From positions 101,868,001-101,932,000 of the forward strand of contig NC_086097.1 in NCBI RefSeq assembly GCF_963921235.1: a stretch of 64,000 nucleotides of DNA. The letters run 5' to 3'. Below are positions 24,811 through 35,840 of this stretch, in pieces. A program made the position numbers and the translations under genes. Source of the stretch: Mobula hypostoma. Its lineage: Eukaryota. Position 1 is the first letter of the stretch, and each line of letters starts with the position of its first letter. Under the pieces are notes generated by a model. That model worked only from the letters and a program-made list of their open reading frames with translations. It did no database searches and was not told where the DNA came from.

Positions 24811-27800
24811 ATAGAACATAGAACAGTACAGCACATTACAGGCCCTTCGGCCCACAATGTTGTGCCGACCCTCAAATCCTGCCTCCCATATAACCCCCCA
24901 CCTTAAATTCCTCTATATACCTGTCTAGTACTCTCTTAAACTTCACTAGTATATCTGCCTCCACCACTGACTCAGGCAGTGCATTCCACGCACCAACCAC
25001 TCTCTGAGTGAAAAACCTTCCTCTAATATCCCCCTTGAACTTCCCACCCCTTACCTTAAAGCCATGTCCTCTTGTATTGAGCAGTGGTGCCCTGGGGAAG
25101 AGGCGCTGGCTGTCCACTCTATCTATTCCTCTTATTATCTTGTACACCTCTATCATGTCTCCTCTCATCCTCCTTCTCTCCAAAGAGTAAAGCCCTAGCT
25201 CCCTTAATCTCTGATCATAATCCATACTCTCTAAACCAGGCAGCATCCTGGTAAATCTCCTCTGTACCCTTTCCAATGCTTCCACATCCTTCCTATAGTG
25301 AGGTGACCAGAACTGGACACAGTACTCCAAGTGTGGCCTAACCAGAGCTTTATAGAGCTGCATCATTACATCGCGACTTTTAAACTCTATCCCTCGATTT
25401 ATGAAAGCTTACACCCCATAAGCTTTCTTAACTACCCTATCCACCTGTGAAGCAACTTTCAGGGATTTGTGGACATGTACCCCCAGATCTCTCTGCTCCT
25501 CCACACTACCAAGTATCCTGCCATTTAGTTTGTACTCTGCCTTGGAGTTTGTCATTCCAAAGTGCACCACCTCACACTTCTCCGGGTTGAACTCCATCTG
25601 TCACTTCTCAGCCCACTTCTGCATCCTATCAATGTCTCTCTGCAATCTTTGACAATCCTCTACACTATCTACAACACAACCAACCTTTGTGTCATCTGCA
25701 AACTTGCCAACCCACCCCTCTACCCCCACATCCAGGTCGTTAATAAAAATCATGAAAAGTAGAGGTCCCAGAACAGATCCTTGTGCGACACCACTAGTCA
25801 CAATCCTCCAATCTGAATGTACTCCCTCCACCATGACCCTCTGCCTTCTGCAGGCAAGCCAATTCTGAATCCACCTGGCCAAACTTCCCTGGATCCCATG
25901 CCTTCTGACTTTCTGAATAAGCCTACCATCTGGAACCTTGTCAAATGCCTTACTAAAATCCATATAGATCACATCCACTGCACTACCCTCATCTATATGC
26001 CTGGTCACCTCCTCAAAGAACTCTATCAGGCTTGTTAGACACGATCTGCCCTTCACAAAGCCATGCTGACTGTCCCTGATCAGACCATGATTCTCTAAAT
26101 GCCCAGAGATCCTATCTCTAAGAATCTTTTCCAACAGCTTTCCCACCACAGACGTAAGGCTCACTGGTCTATAATTACCCGGACTATCCCTACTACCTTT
26201 TTTGAACAAGGGGGCAACATTCACCTCCCTCCAATCCTCTGGTACCATTCCCGTGGACAACGAGGACATAAAGATCCTAGCCAGAGGCCAGCAATCTCTT
26301 CCCTCGCCTCATGGAGCAGCCTGTTGAATATTCCGTCAGGTCCCGGGGACTTATCCGTCCTAATGTATTTTAACAACTCCAACACCTCCTCTCCCTTAAT
26401 GTCAACATGCTCCAGAACATCAACCTCACTCATATTGTCCTCACCATCATCAAGTTCCCTCTCATTGGTGAATACCGAAGAGAAGTATTCATTGAGGACC
26501 TCGCTCACTTCCACAGCCTCCAGGCACATCTTCCCACCTTTATCTCCAAGTCATCCTTTTGTTCTTCACATAATTGAAGAATGCCTTGGGGTTTTCCTTT
26601 ACCCTACTCGCCAAGGCCTTCTCATGCTCCCTTCTTGCTCTTCTCAGCCCCTTCTTAAACTTCTTTCTTGCTTCCCTATATTCCCCAATAGAACCATCTG
26701 ATCCTTGCTTCCTAAACCTCATCCACCTTCTTCCACCTGACTAGATTTTCCACCTCACTTGTGACCCATGGTTCCTTCACCTCACCATTCTTTATCTTTC
26801 TCACCGGGACAAATTTATCCCTAACATCCTGCAAGAGATCTCTAAACATCAAGCGCATGTCCATAGTACATTTCCCTGCAAAAACATCATCCCAATTCAC
26901 ACCCGCAAGTTCTAGCCTTATAGCCTCAGAATTTACCCTACCCCAATTAAAAATTTTCCTGTCCTCTCTGATTCTATCCTTTTCCCAGATAATGCTAAAG
27001 GCCAGGGAGCGGTGGTCACTATCCCCCAGATGCTCACCCACTGAGAGATCTGTGACCTGACCCAGTTCATTACCTAGTACTAGATCTAGTATTGCATTCC
27101 CCCTAGTCGGAAACAACAGGAATTCCTGACAAAGGGTCTCAGCCTGAAACGTCGACTGCACCTCTTCCTAGAGATGCTGCCTGGCCTGCTGCGTTCACCA
27201 GCAACTTTTATGTGTGTTGCTTGAATTTCCAGCATCTGAGAATTCCTGTTGTTTGCCCCCTAGTCAGCCTGTCCACATACTGTGACAGGAATCCGTCCTG
27301 GACACACTTAACAAACTCTACCCATCTAAACCCTTGGAACTAATCAGGTGCCAATCAATAATAGGGAAGTTAAAGTCACCCATGATAACAACCCTGTTAT
27401 TTTTGCACCTTTCCAAAATCTGCCTCCCAATCTGCTCCTCTGTATCTCTGCTGCTACCAGGGGGTCTATAGAACACCCCCAATAGAGTAACTGCTCCCTT
27501 CCTGTTCCTGACTTCCACCCATACTGACTCAAAAGAGGATCCTATGACATTACCCACCCTTTCTGTAGCTGTAATAGTATCCCTGACCAGTAATGCTATC
27601 CCTCCTCCCCTTTTTCCCCCCTCTCTATCCCTTTTAAAGCACTGAAATCCAGGAATATTGAGAATCCATTCCTGCCCTGGTGCCAGCCAAGTCTCTGTAA
27701 TGGCCACTACATCATAATTCCATGTATGTATCCAAGCTCTCAGTTCATCACCTTTGTTCCTGATGCTTCTCGCATTGAGGTACACACATTTCAGCCCTTC

Positions 27801-28610
27801 TGCCTTACTGTCTTTACACCGTTTATTCTGCTTCTCTTTCCTCAAAGCCTCTCTATATGTTAGATCTGGCTTTACTAAATGCACTTCTTTCACTGCTCTA
27901 TCTCTCTGGGTCCCATCCCCCTCGCAAATTAGTTTAAACCCTCCCGAACCATGCTAGCAAACCTACCAACAAGGATATTGCTCCCCCTCGAGTTCAGGTG
28001 CAACCCATCCAATCTGTACAGGTCCCACCTTCCCCAGAAGAGATCCCAATGATCCAAATATCTAAAACCCTGCTCCCTGCACCAACTCCTCAGCCACGCA
28101 TTCAACTGCCATCTCCTCCAATTCTTACCATCACTGTCACGTAGCACTGGCAGCAATCCTGAGAACGCCACCCTTGAGGTCCTGTTCTTCAGCCTTCTGC
28201 CTAGTTCCCAAAACTCACACTTCAGGACCTCATCCCTCTTCCTGCCTATGTTGTTGGTACCAACATGTATCACGACTTCTGGTTGCTTTCCCTCACGTAC
28301 CAGGATGTTGTGCACCTAGTCAGAGACATCCTGGACCCTGGCACCCGGGAGGCAACAAACCGTGCGGGTGTCCTTCTCACGTCCACAAAATCTCCTGTCT
28401 GCTCCCCTGTCTATAGAGTCTCCAATGACGACAGCTCTCCTCTTCTCCGTCCCACCCTTCTGCATCACCAGGTCAGACTCAGTGCCGGAGGCCCTGCCAC
28501 CGTGGCTCACACCTGGTCGGTCGTCCCCGCCAACAGTATCCAGGACGGTTAACTTATTATTCAGGGGAATGGCTACAGGGGTGCTCTGCACTACCTGTCT
28601 GCTCACCTTC
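24811..28610 (-). mobile_element. 5'-truncated CR1 LINE (esterase ORF1 + EN-RT ORF2)
   Basis: ORFs 28316-28612 (VIGDS), 27929-28315, 27318-27893, 25601-26269 (FADD), 24872-25366; tail ATAGAACATAGAAC. Confidence 0.92.
27111..27255 (+). mobile_element. 145-bp Penelope-derived miniature element with 15-bp terminal inverted repeats and a hammerhead motif
   Basis: TIR aaacaacaggaattc (27111-27125)/gaattcctgttgttt (27240-27254); TSD ccccctagtc(g/a)g at 27099-27110 and 27256-27267; body matches the 3' end at 63089-63217. Confidence 0.85.
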
Positions 28611-29579
28611 ACTTTCTTCCTTCCCCTCCACCCACCTTTTTATTCTGCCATCTTCCCCCTTCCTTTCCAGTCCTGAAGAAGGTACTTGGCCCAAAACATC
28701 AACTGTTTATTCATTTCCCTAGATGCTTCCTGGCCTGCTGAGTTCCTCCAGTGTTTTGTGTGTGTAACTGCTCTGAGAAGTGATTGACTAATTGGTCCGG
28801 CACAACACTGTGGGCCGAGGAGGCTGTTCCCGACCCGTGCTGGTCTATTCCACAGGTTGGTTCAGGACAGGAACTCTGGCTGAAAGAGGCAGAATCTCTC
28901 ATGTTTAAACAGGACTTGGATACGTGACCAGTAGGGCCACAGACCCAGTGTTTGAAGGGGCAATTAATCCAGGTACCTGTTTTACAACTGGCACAGACAT
29001 GGTGGGGCAAGTTGTCTCCTTCTGTGCAAAAAATTCATTGATTGCGACTCTCCAAGGCGCTTAATTATTTATCAGACATAACCTTCCCTGAAGCAAATAT
29101 GTTGACCATTCCCATTACCCTGTAGCTTTCCAAATGGGTTTACTGTCCCTAGAGTGGACCGTCACCAATGGCCTGCAATTACTAGACTTAATCCTTCATT
29201 CCTTTCTAAACAACAATATAATATTAGCAAAAGTTCTGTCACCAAGGAAGGTAAATAAAAATCACACTTGCAGCTGCCACCAAGTCCTCTTTTACTTTGT
29301 TTAGTAGCATGGATATGTTTGATTTGAGCCTGGCACTTTATCCAATTTCAAAGATGCCAAATCCTTAATACATCTTCCCTTCAATATTCCATATACGTTC
29401 AGCTTACTTACAATGCCTCTTCTGAAATTACTCCTGCAAAGTATTCACTAAAAACCCAATTTAAGTCCATAGGTAAGTCACTTGAACTTAATGGAACTTC
29501 TTCATCAAAATTAACCGACCAATCTGTACGCCATTGGGATGTCGGAGGAAACAGGAGCAGCCGGGGGAGACACAGGATT

Positions 29580-30100
29580 CAGAAAGTTGAAAGTAAATTG
29601 GTTATCAATGTACATACAGTACATACCTATCACCAAATGCAACCCTCAGATTGATTTTCTTACAGGTATCAGTAAATACCAGAAACATAATGGACTCAAT
29701 GAAAGACTGCCCCTACAGGACAAAGAACCAACATGCAAAAATCATCAAACTGGGCAAATACAAGAAGAAAAAGAGAGAAAAATAAATAAATAAACAATAA
29801 ATGTTGAGAGCAAGAGGTGAAGTCCTTGAAAGTGAGTCCATAGGTGGTGGGAAGTGAAGTTACCCAGTCCGGATCATGAGCCTGATGGTTGAGGGGTGAT
29901 AACTGTTCCTGAGCCTGGTGGTGTGAGTCCTGAGGCTCCTGTACCTCCTTCCTGATGGCAGCAGTGAGAAGAGAGCTGCTTTCCTGCAACAGCTCAATGG
30001 TGGGATGGGTTTTACCAAGATGAACTGGGCCATATCAACTACTTTTTGTAGGCTTTTCTGTACAAGGGCATTGGTGTTTCCATACCAAGCGTGATCACAG
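29580..30100 (-). mobile_element. Rex1/Babar-type LINE 3' end
   Basis: AWYGNT..LQKVV..FSLLPSGRRYRSLRTHTTRLRNSYHPSTIRL. Confidence 0.75.
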
Positions 30101-30310
30101 TGTGCAAACACCACACACAGCACCAGGGGTAAGGATTGAACCTGTGTCAGAAGAGATGTGAGACAGTGACTCGACTTAGCTGTGCCACCTTGATTGACTG
30201 AATTCATATTCACAAATGTTGGAAATCAATATTGAGTGGGAGAAGCACAGGAGATGCTGACCAAACGCAGTGGGGGAGCTCAGCATCTATGGAGGGAAAT
30301 GAATGGTCTG

Positions 30311-30825
30311 CATTTCAGGTCAAGCCTCTTCGTCTGGACATTTCAGGTCAAGCCTCTTCGTCTGAACATTTCAGGTCAAGCCTAATCGTCTGGACATTTC
30401 AGGTCAAGCCTCTTCGTCTGAACATTTCAGGTCAAGCCTCTTCGTCTGGACATTTCAGTTCAAGCCTCTTCGTCTGAACATTTCAGGTCAAGCCTCTTCG
30501 TCTGGACATTTCAGTTCAAGCCTCTTCGTCTGGACATTTCAGGTCAAGCCTCTTCGTCTGGACATTTCAGGACAAGCCTAATCGTCTGGACATTTCAGGT
30601 CAAGCCTCTTTGTCTGGACATTTCAGGTCAAGCCTCTTCGTCTGGACATTTCAGGACAAGTCTCTTCGTCTGGACATTTCAGGACAAGCCTAATCGTCTG
30701 GACATTTCAGGACAAGCCTCTTTGTCTGGACATTTCAGGTCAAGCCTCTTCGTCTGGACATTTCAGGACAAGCCTCTTCGTCTGGACATTTCAGGACAAG
30801 CCTCTTCGTCTGGACATTTCAGGTC
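30311..30825 (-). repeat. 28-bp tandem repeat x18 (+ partial), unit derived from the hammerhead ribozyme core
   Basis: Unit catttcaggtcaagcctcttcgtctgga; on - it reads CAGACGA-agaggcttgacct-GAAATGTC, versus CTGACGA-agggtctcggcct-GAAACGTC at 63089-63116. Confidence 0.9.
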
Positions 30826-31023
30826 TTCGAAGAATTTGAAAAACATCCACTGTCCATTTTCCCCCACTGATGCTGCCTGACCATGAAGTTGCTCCAGCAT
30901 GTTGCATGGCAGTGACACCTGGTCTCTCACACAGAGCTGGAGTTTCTGCCTGTGATGTCCGTGCTGAACATGATGCCAAATTAAACTAATCCCTTTTGCC
31001 TGTGTACGATCCATATCTCACCT

Positions 31024-31430
31024 CAACAAAACATTCTGGGGGAACTCAGTGGGTTAGGCTGCATCGGCGGAGGGAAATGGGGAGACAAGACCCTTCATCA
31101 GGTCTGAAAGATTGAGGGTAAATTGGATAGAGTGGAGATGCAACAGATTCCAGGTGCCAGGTGGATACATGTGAGGGCAGGTGGGGGAGGGATGATTGGG
31201 AATGGCATCAGAAGCCAGGAGATGATAGGTGGAGGTGTCAAAGCGCTGAAGGTGGTGGAATCTGATAGGAGAGGAAGGTGGAGCACAGAATAAAAGGAGG
31301 GTGTTGCGGATGGCAGGGGGGAACAGTGGGGGAGTGTCTGGGTGATAGACAGATAAAGAGGGTGAGGAAAGGAAAGCGGCATGCTGATTGGTGCTGGGGT
31401 GGATTGAGAGAAAATAGATTGGACATGGCC
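31024..31430 (-). mobile_element. Degenerate Penelope-like pseudo-LTR
   Basis: acaaaacattctgggggaactcag...gacccttcatcagg followed by a GA-rich body like that of other copies. Confidence 0.6.
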
Positions 31431-32329
31431 GGTGATCAGAGAGTAAGTCTTTAGTAGACTGTGAAAAGTACTTAGTCCCTGTGGAAGAACACATGCTTTC
31501 AGTGGTACTTGTAAAATTACAAGGGGTGATTGATAAGTTCGTGGCCTAAGGAGGAAGGAGATGAGTTATTAACTTCACCCCTCATAGTCTAGCTTTGTTC
31601 GGATTCAAAACACCTTAACGCAAGCTACCCCACCTATTAAATGTCACAGAACTACATCAGCCTCAAAGAATTTAGTGCTCTGGCTTTCCTCTGAACATGG
31701 TCCCAGATGACAGCTGTACAACACACACTTACTAAATGAGAAACACTCCAAGGCAGGGTCTGAGAAAAATGCACTGTTAATTTATTAAACAATCTGTGGG
31801 GGGGGGGGGGGAAACAAAAAAATCTCCTCCAGCACAGCAAAGGCACGAGTTAAAATGACACAGAAGGCACTTCCTGCAGCTGGGTTGAAGATCTACGCCA
31901 GGAACAATGCCGTGATTTCAGGGATTCTGGTTTTCCGGCCTGTCACTGTTACAGTTGTCCAGTTGCATTCTACCTTCTCGCTGATCGATCATTATCAACA
32001 TTCTGATATCACAGGTGAAATCAGTGATTGCTTATGAATCTATAGATTGTGAATACTTGGAATTTAATTTGTCCAGGGTCCAAAATGACAGTTCAATCAC
32101 CAGGCAATGTCTTTTGCAGAAACTGAATGCTGAATGTGTCTCTCTACTTGCGTTTTACCCACCATAGAAACTCTCATCCTGTGAATTAAAAGAGACACAT
32201 TCCCAGGACAGCGATAGCAAACTATTTTTATTATTTCACACACCCTGCTGTTTATTATGATCAATGTTCAGAAATATGTGGTGAGCTGCTGCCATTGAGA
32301 TGAGACCCAAAAGGAATGAACCCCCTCTC

Positions 32330-32530
32330 TCTGAATCCATGCAACATTATTTCAGTGACGAGAAACTGTGTAGTCCCTTATGACCTGGTGGTTACCATTC
32401 ACCCTAAACCTGCCAAACTGACTGCTGTCTTTCCCACATTTCAACAGTCACAACACCTCATTCGTAGTTAGTTACCTGAGATACATTAAGGTCCTGAGGG
32501 GCTTTATAGACAAAACAGACCTCTCTTTCC
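32330..32530 (+). mobile_element. Ancient Deu-domain/LF-SINE-like SINE remnant
   Basis: ctgctgtctttcccacatttcaacagtcacaacacctca...gtcctgaggggctttataga resembles the 3' end of this SINE group (recognised from memory, highly diverged). Confidence 0.4.
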
Positions 32531-33169
32531 TTGACCACACCCTACACGGTTACCGTCAATTGGCAGAACAATTAGCACCTTTATCGACAAATGCGATCAT
32601 TTTATCACAAGCTCCAGTTCAGTTACAATTTAGTATCTGCACATAATTCCAGTTAAACTGCAAATGTTCCAATTCAAGCAATTCTCCAGGGTGGATCAAG
32701 TTTCGAGCCAACCTCACTCATGTTCGAATGTGAAATATGAGCCGTACACCACACTGTGGGATGAGTCACCTCTTTGTTTTCCAACCAATGACAACATACT
32801 CATTTCTCCTTCTATCCTTTCCCCCTTATTCCTTGGCTTGTCAGACCACTCTCTGAATTGGAGGTCCAGGGATCTGTGTAATTGTAGAAAAGTTCAGTCA
32901 GGCTGGTGAAGTGTTGTATCATCGTCTACATATCGAGTAACATGTAAAAGCTGTCGAACAGGAAATTGACCTTCCCCTCCTCATGGAACCAAGGCAGCAG
33001 AGGCATTTTTCAACAAACCTGTGTTGCTTTGAATCACCAGCCATTTACTTAATGGCTGTGCTAGCCCTTGGAAAGAAAAGCTTACACACGGCTGTTCACA
33101 TTATAAGAACAATGGCCTTTGGAGTCTGATTAGCATGAAATAAGCAAGATCTCAATCAGATAACAACCA

Positions 33170-33400
33170 ATGATTTTGTTTGAGGGGAAAATATGGACCA
33201 AATGCAGGGTAGATTTGATCTGGTCTAAAGCAATCACGTTGTAAGATCTGACACATACATCTGAGAGGACAGTTGGAGCTTCTCTTTACCATGTTGTCCA
33301 AAAAACAGCAGCTTCAAGAGCCCAGAACGCTCCAGGTATCACACTGGAGTTTAAGGCTATATTTTTTCCTTCATTCCTTGAAGTGGATCTGAACAGTCTT
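33170..33400 (-). mobile_element. Ancient Deu-domain/LF-SINE-like SINE remnant
   Basis: catctgagaggacagttggagc...cacactggagt...gaagtggatctgaac resembles the reverse complement of the LF-SINE-type consensus (from memory). Confidence 0.45.
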
Positions 33401-33699
33401 TCAACACGTTATCCAAATAATCTCTCTTAAATTGGTCGATTTATTTTTAAATTGTTTGTAATCTAACTTCCCCTGAACTGTCAATAACTATGAAAAGCAT
33501 GATAAAATGTCTCTGAATTTAAACTCTGTTTGTCTCTTCATAGACACTTCTTGACTTTCCCTGTGGATTGCTTTACCTAGTCCGCCTCTTCCCAGGGAGA
33601 ACTGCTATCTCCTCACTTGGGGGACTTTCCTTTTCAGCAGGATGAGATTTTCAATATGGGGCATGAGGAATGAACAGCACCAGCAGGCTATCCTGGTTT

Positions 33700-34800
33700 A
33701 TCCTATATTTAATATTTCAATAACAGTGTAAATATACTGTTTGATTAAGTATTCTGTGTTGTTTAAAGAAATCATTATGGGTTATATGTAAAAATACGTG
33801 AACGCAATACGTCTTTACTCCACTACATCCTATTTATGCGCCTCACTGAAAGTGCACTCATTATCCCTGGGCTCCCTGTGCTTTTCTTTCAACTAGTTTT
33901 CTGTTTTGGAGCTACAATACATAGTAATGGTAATGAGTAAGTTTTAAAATGAACCGGAAATGATTACCTGCCTACTGAAGTGGAGCAAGATGTTCAAGAT
34001 AAAAAAAGCATAGCATGTGCTTTCTTCACAAGAGGACAGAAAACAGATGAATTTATGGGTTCATAAACAGTGAGTATCAGGTGATAATAATCATACATTT
34101 TTGAAAAAGAGCAGAAATGGCTGGCTACATTGGAAAGACAGATACAATCAATTGCACAACGGATAACTGGCTGATATATACTGAGCAAATTGAGCAGTAT
34201 TTTGAATAAAATGAAATAGCAAATGAGAAGAGAGTGCCAGTTTTGCTGAGTGCAATGGGTGGAAGAGCATACCGTTTGTTTAGAAGTTTAACTTCTCCAA
34301 CCAAATCAGTCAAAATGAACTTTGCTGATATCATGAAAATAATGCAAGAACATTTAGAACCAAAATCATTGTTGATTGCAAACCATTTTAGGTTTCATAA
34401 CCGGAATCAAAAGAAAGGGGAGCGAACATGGCTGAATTGAAGAAATTGAGGATTGTCAGGTCAGTGATGGGCTTAATGCTGCATTGAGAGATCGTTAAGT
34501 TTGTGGAATCTTACAGAAAAGTATTCAGAAATAGCTCTTAACTGAAGCACAACTCACATTTAAAAGAGCAGTTAGAATTGCTGTATCAATGGAAGCTGCA
34601 GCCAGAGATTTAAGTGAGGTGCAGTCAAGGATAGAAAGTAAGTGTGAACAAAATTGTAACACCTAGGCAGAAACCTGCCTGGCCAAACAAATTATGTTAC
34701 CATTGTGGCAACGCTCACGTGCATCAGGTTTAAAGGCAGAAAATGCAACAAAATAGGACATGTACAAACAGCATGTTGGGCAGGCAAAAATAAATGGACC
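33700..34800 (+). mobile_element. Gypsy LTR retrotransposon 5' part (LTR, gag pseudogene)
   Basis: LTR similar to 45374-45585 and 55318-55568; gag-like MAGYIGK...PVLLSAMGGRAYRLFRSL..HLEPK..FRFHNRNQKKGE. Confidence 0.8.
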
Positions 34801-34862
34801 TCAAACTGAGTGAGAATGTCCACAATTTATACCTAATTTCACAAACCCGTTCAAATTTCCAT

Positions 34863-35840
34863 CTTTTTTATATCAAAACTGTAAAAGTTTATTTACAACA
34901 CACAGACACAAGACAATCAATACTTACTAGACAGTAGCTACACTCAAACTACTGTACGGTTACAACCGTATATAAAACAGCCTATACCATGGGAGGACCA
35001 CCGCTCATGGAAATCCCCCAATGTGCCCACCGCGACCGCATGCTCCCTCTCCAAGGACAGCTGGCACGGTCATATCCTCGGAAAGGGGGCAGGCAGTCGG
35101 CCCAGGCAGCGCCCTCCACTTTCCGCCGCCTAGACCTGTGGATGGCCACCTTGGCCAGGCCCAGGTCCAAGCCCAGCAGGAGCTCCTCCTCATGCCCCGC
35201 CCTTCCAAGCTGGGTGTGCGGAGATGAGGAGCACAGGACTAACGTGCAGCCAGAACAGTAGCAACAGCCTCCTGAGAAACTCAAAGAGCGGCTGCAACCT
35301 CTCCCATCCCGTGTACGCGTGGTACACCGACTCGTCCCACCCGCAGAACTGACAGCTGGACGGGGTGTTGGTGACCCTGTTGTACGGGACTGCCCGACGC
35401 AACACCTTCCACCCCAGGCCCCCAATGTACAGGGGAAGCACCCCTGCGTAAAGGGACTTCCACTGGGGACCTCCTCCGCTGCCAGATGGTAACACGGACC
35501 GCCAAGGCGAGTCTAGTCAGCAGACCAGGGCGAGGAAGGGGGAGGTGTGCAGCAGCAGTCCATACAAGAAGCGCTTCGGAGCGTCGCGGAACTGCACGGT
35601 GGGAAACCCCACGAGGCGGCTCATGTTGTGCGGGACCCTCTCCCACATGGTCTCCCAAGGCCTGGGTCCAACGCGCGCATCTGGTGGCAGTGCAGCCAGA
35701 ATCCCTCCACTAACCCGCGCCCTCCTGACACCCACCGTACTCAGACCGTGACCAGTCCCCCCAGCAGCCAAAGTGTCATTCTCCAACGGCACGGGAGCAC
35801 CCGGCCCTGATGATGACAGAGCCCAAACTCTTCACAGTTT
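34863..35840 (-). mobile_element. Tx1-like (L1 superfamily) 3' fragment
   Basis: KRFLYGLLLHT, QWKSLYAGVLPLYIG.LGWKVL, CQFCG.DESVYHAY..ERLQPLFEFL; AATAAA and short A tail near 34865-34895 on -; GC-rich. Confidence 0.8.

Larger units (their letters stand above)
23940..28770 (+). mobile_element. Penelope-like element 3' half, with its pseudo-LTR split by a CR1 insertion (24811-28610)
   Basis: DRVLLVLTYHP..NFRHLQRDPT, FQVRQYFTC..VYCVQCS, FQPDSMNIDFS; CT-rich pLTR resumes at ~28610 with a degenerate HHR at ~28669-28708. Confidence 0.8.

Noticed and set aside
30311..30825. CRISPR-like array (28-bp repeats)
   Set aside because: Units are head-to-tail with no unique spacers, there are no cas genes, and the context is eukaryotic.
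31519..31580. Mariner-like terminal fragment (tacaaggggtgattgataagttcgtggcc)
   Set aside because: Too short, and no partner TIR was found.
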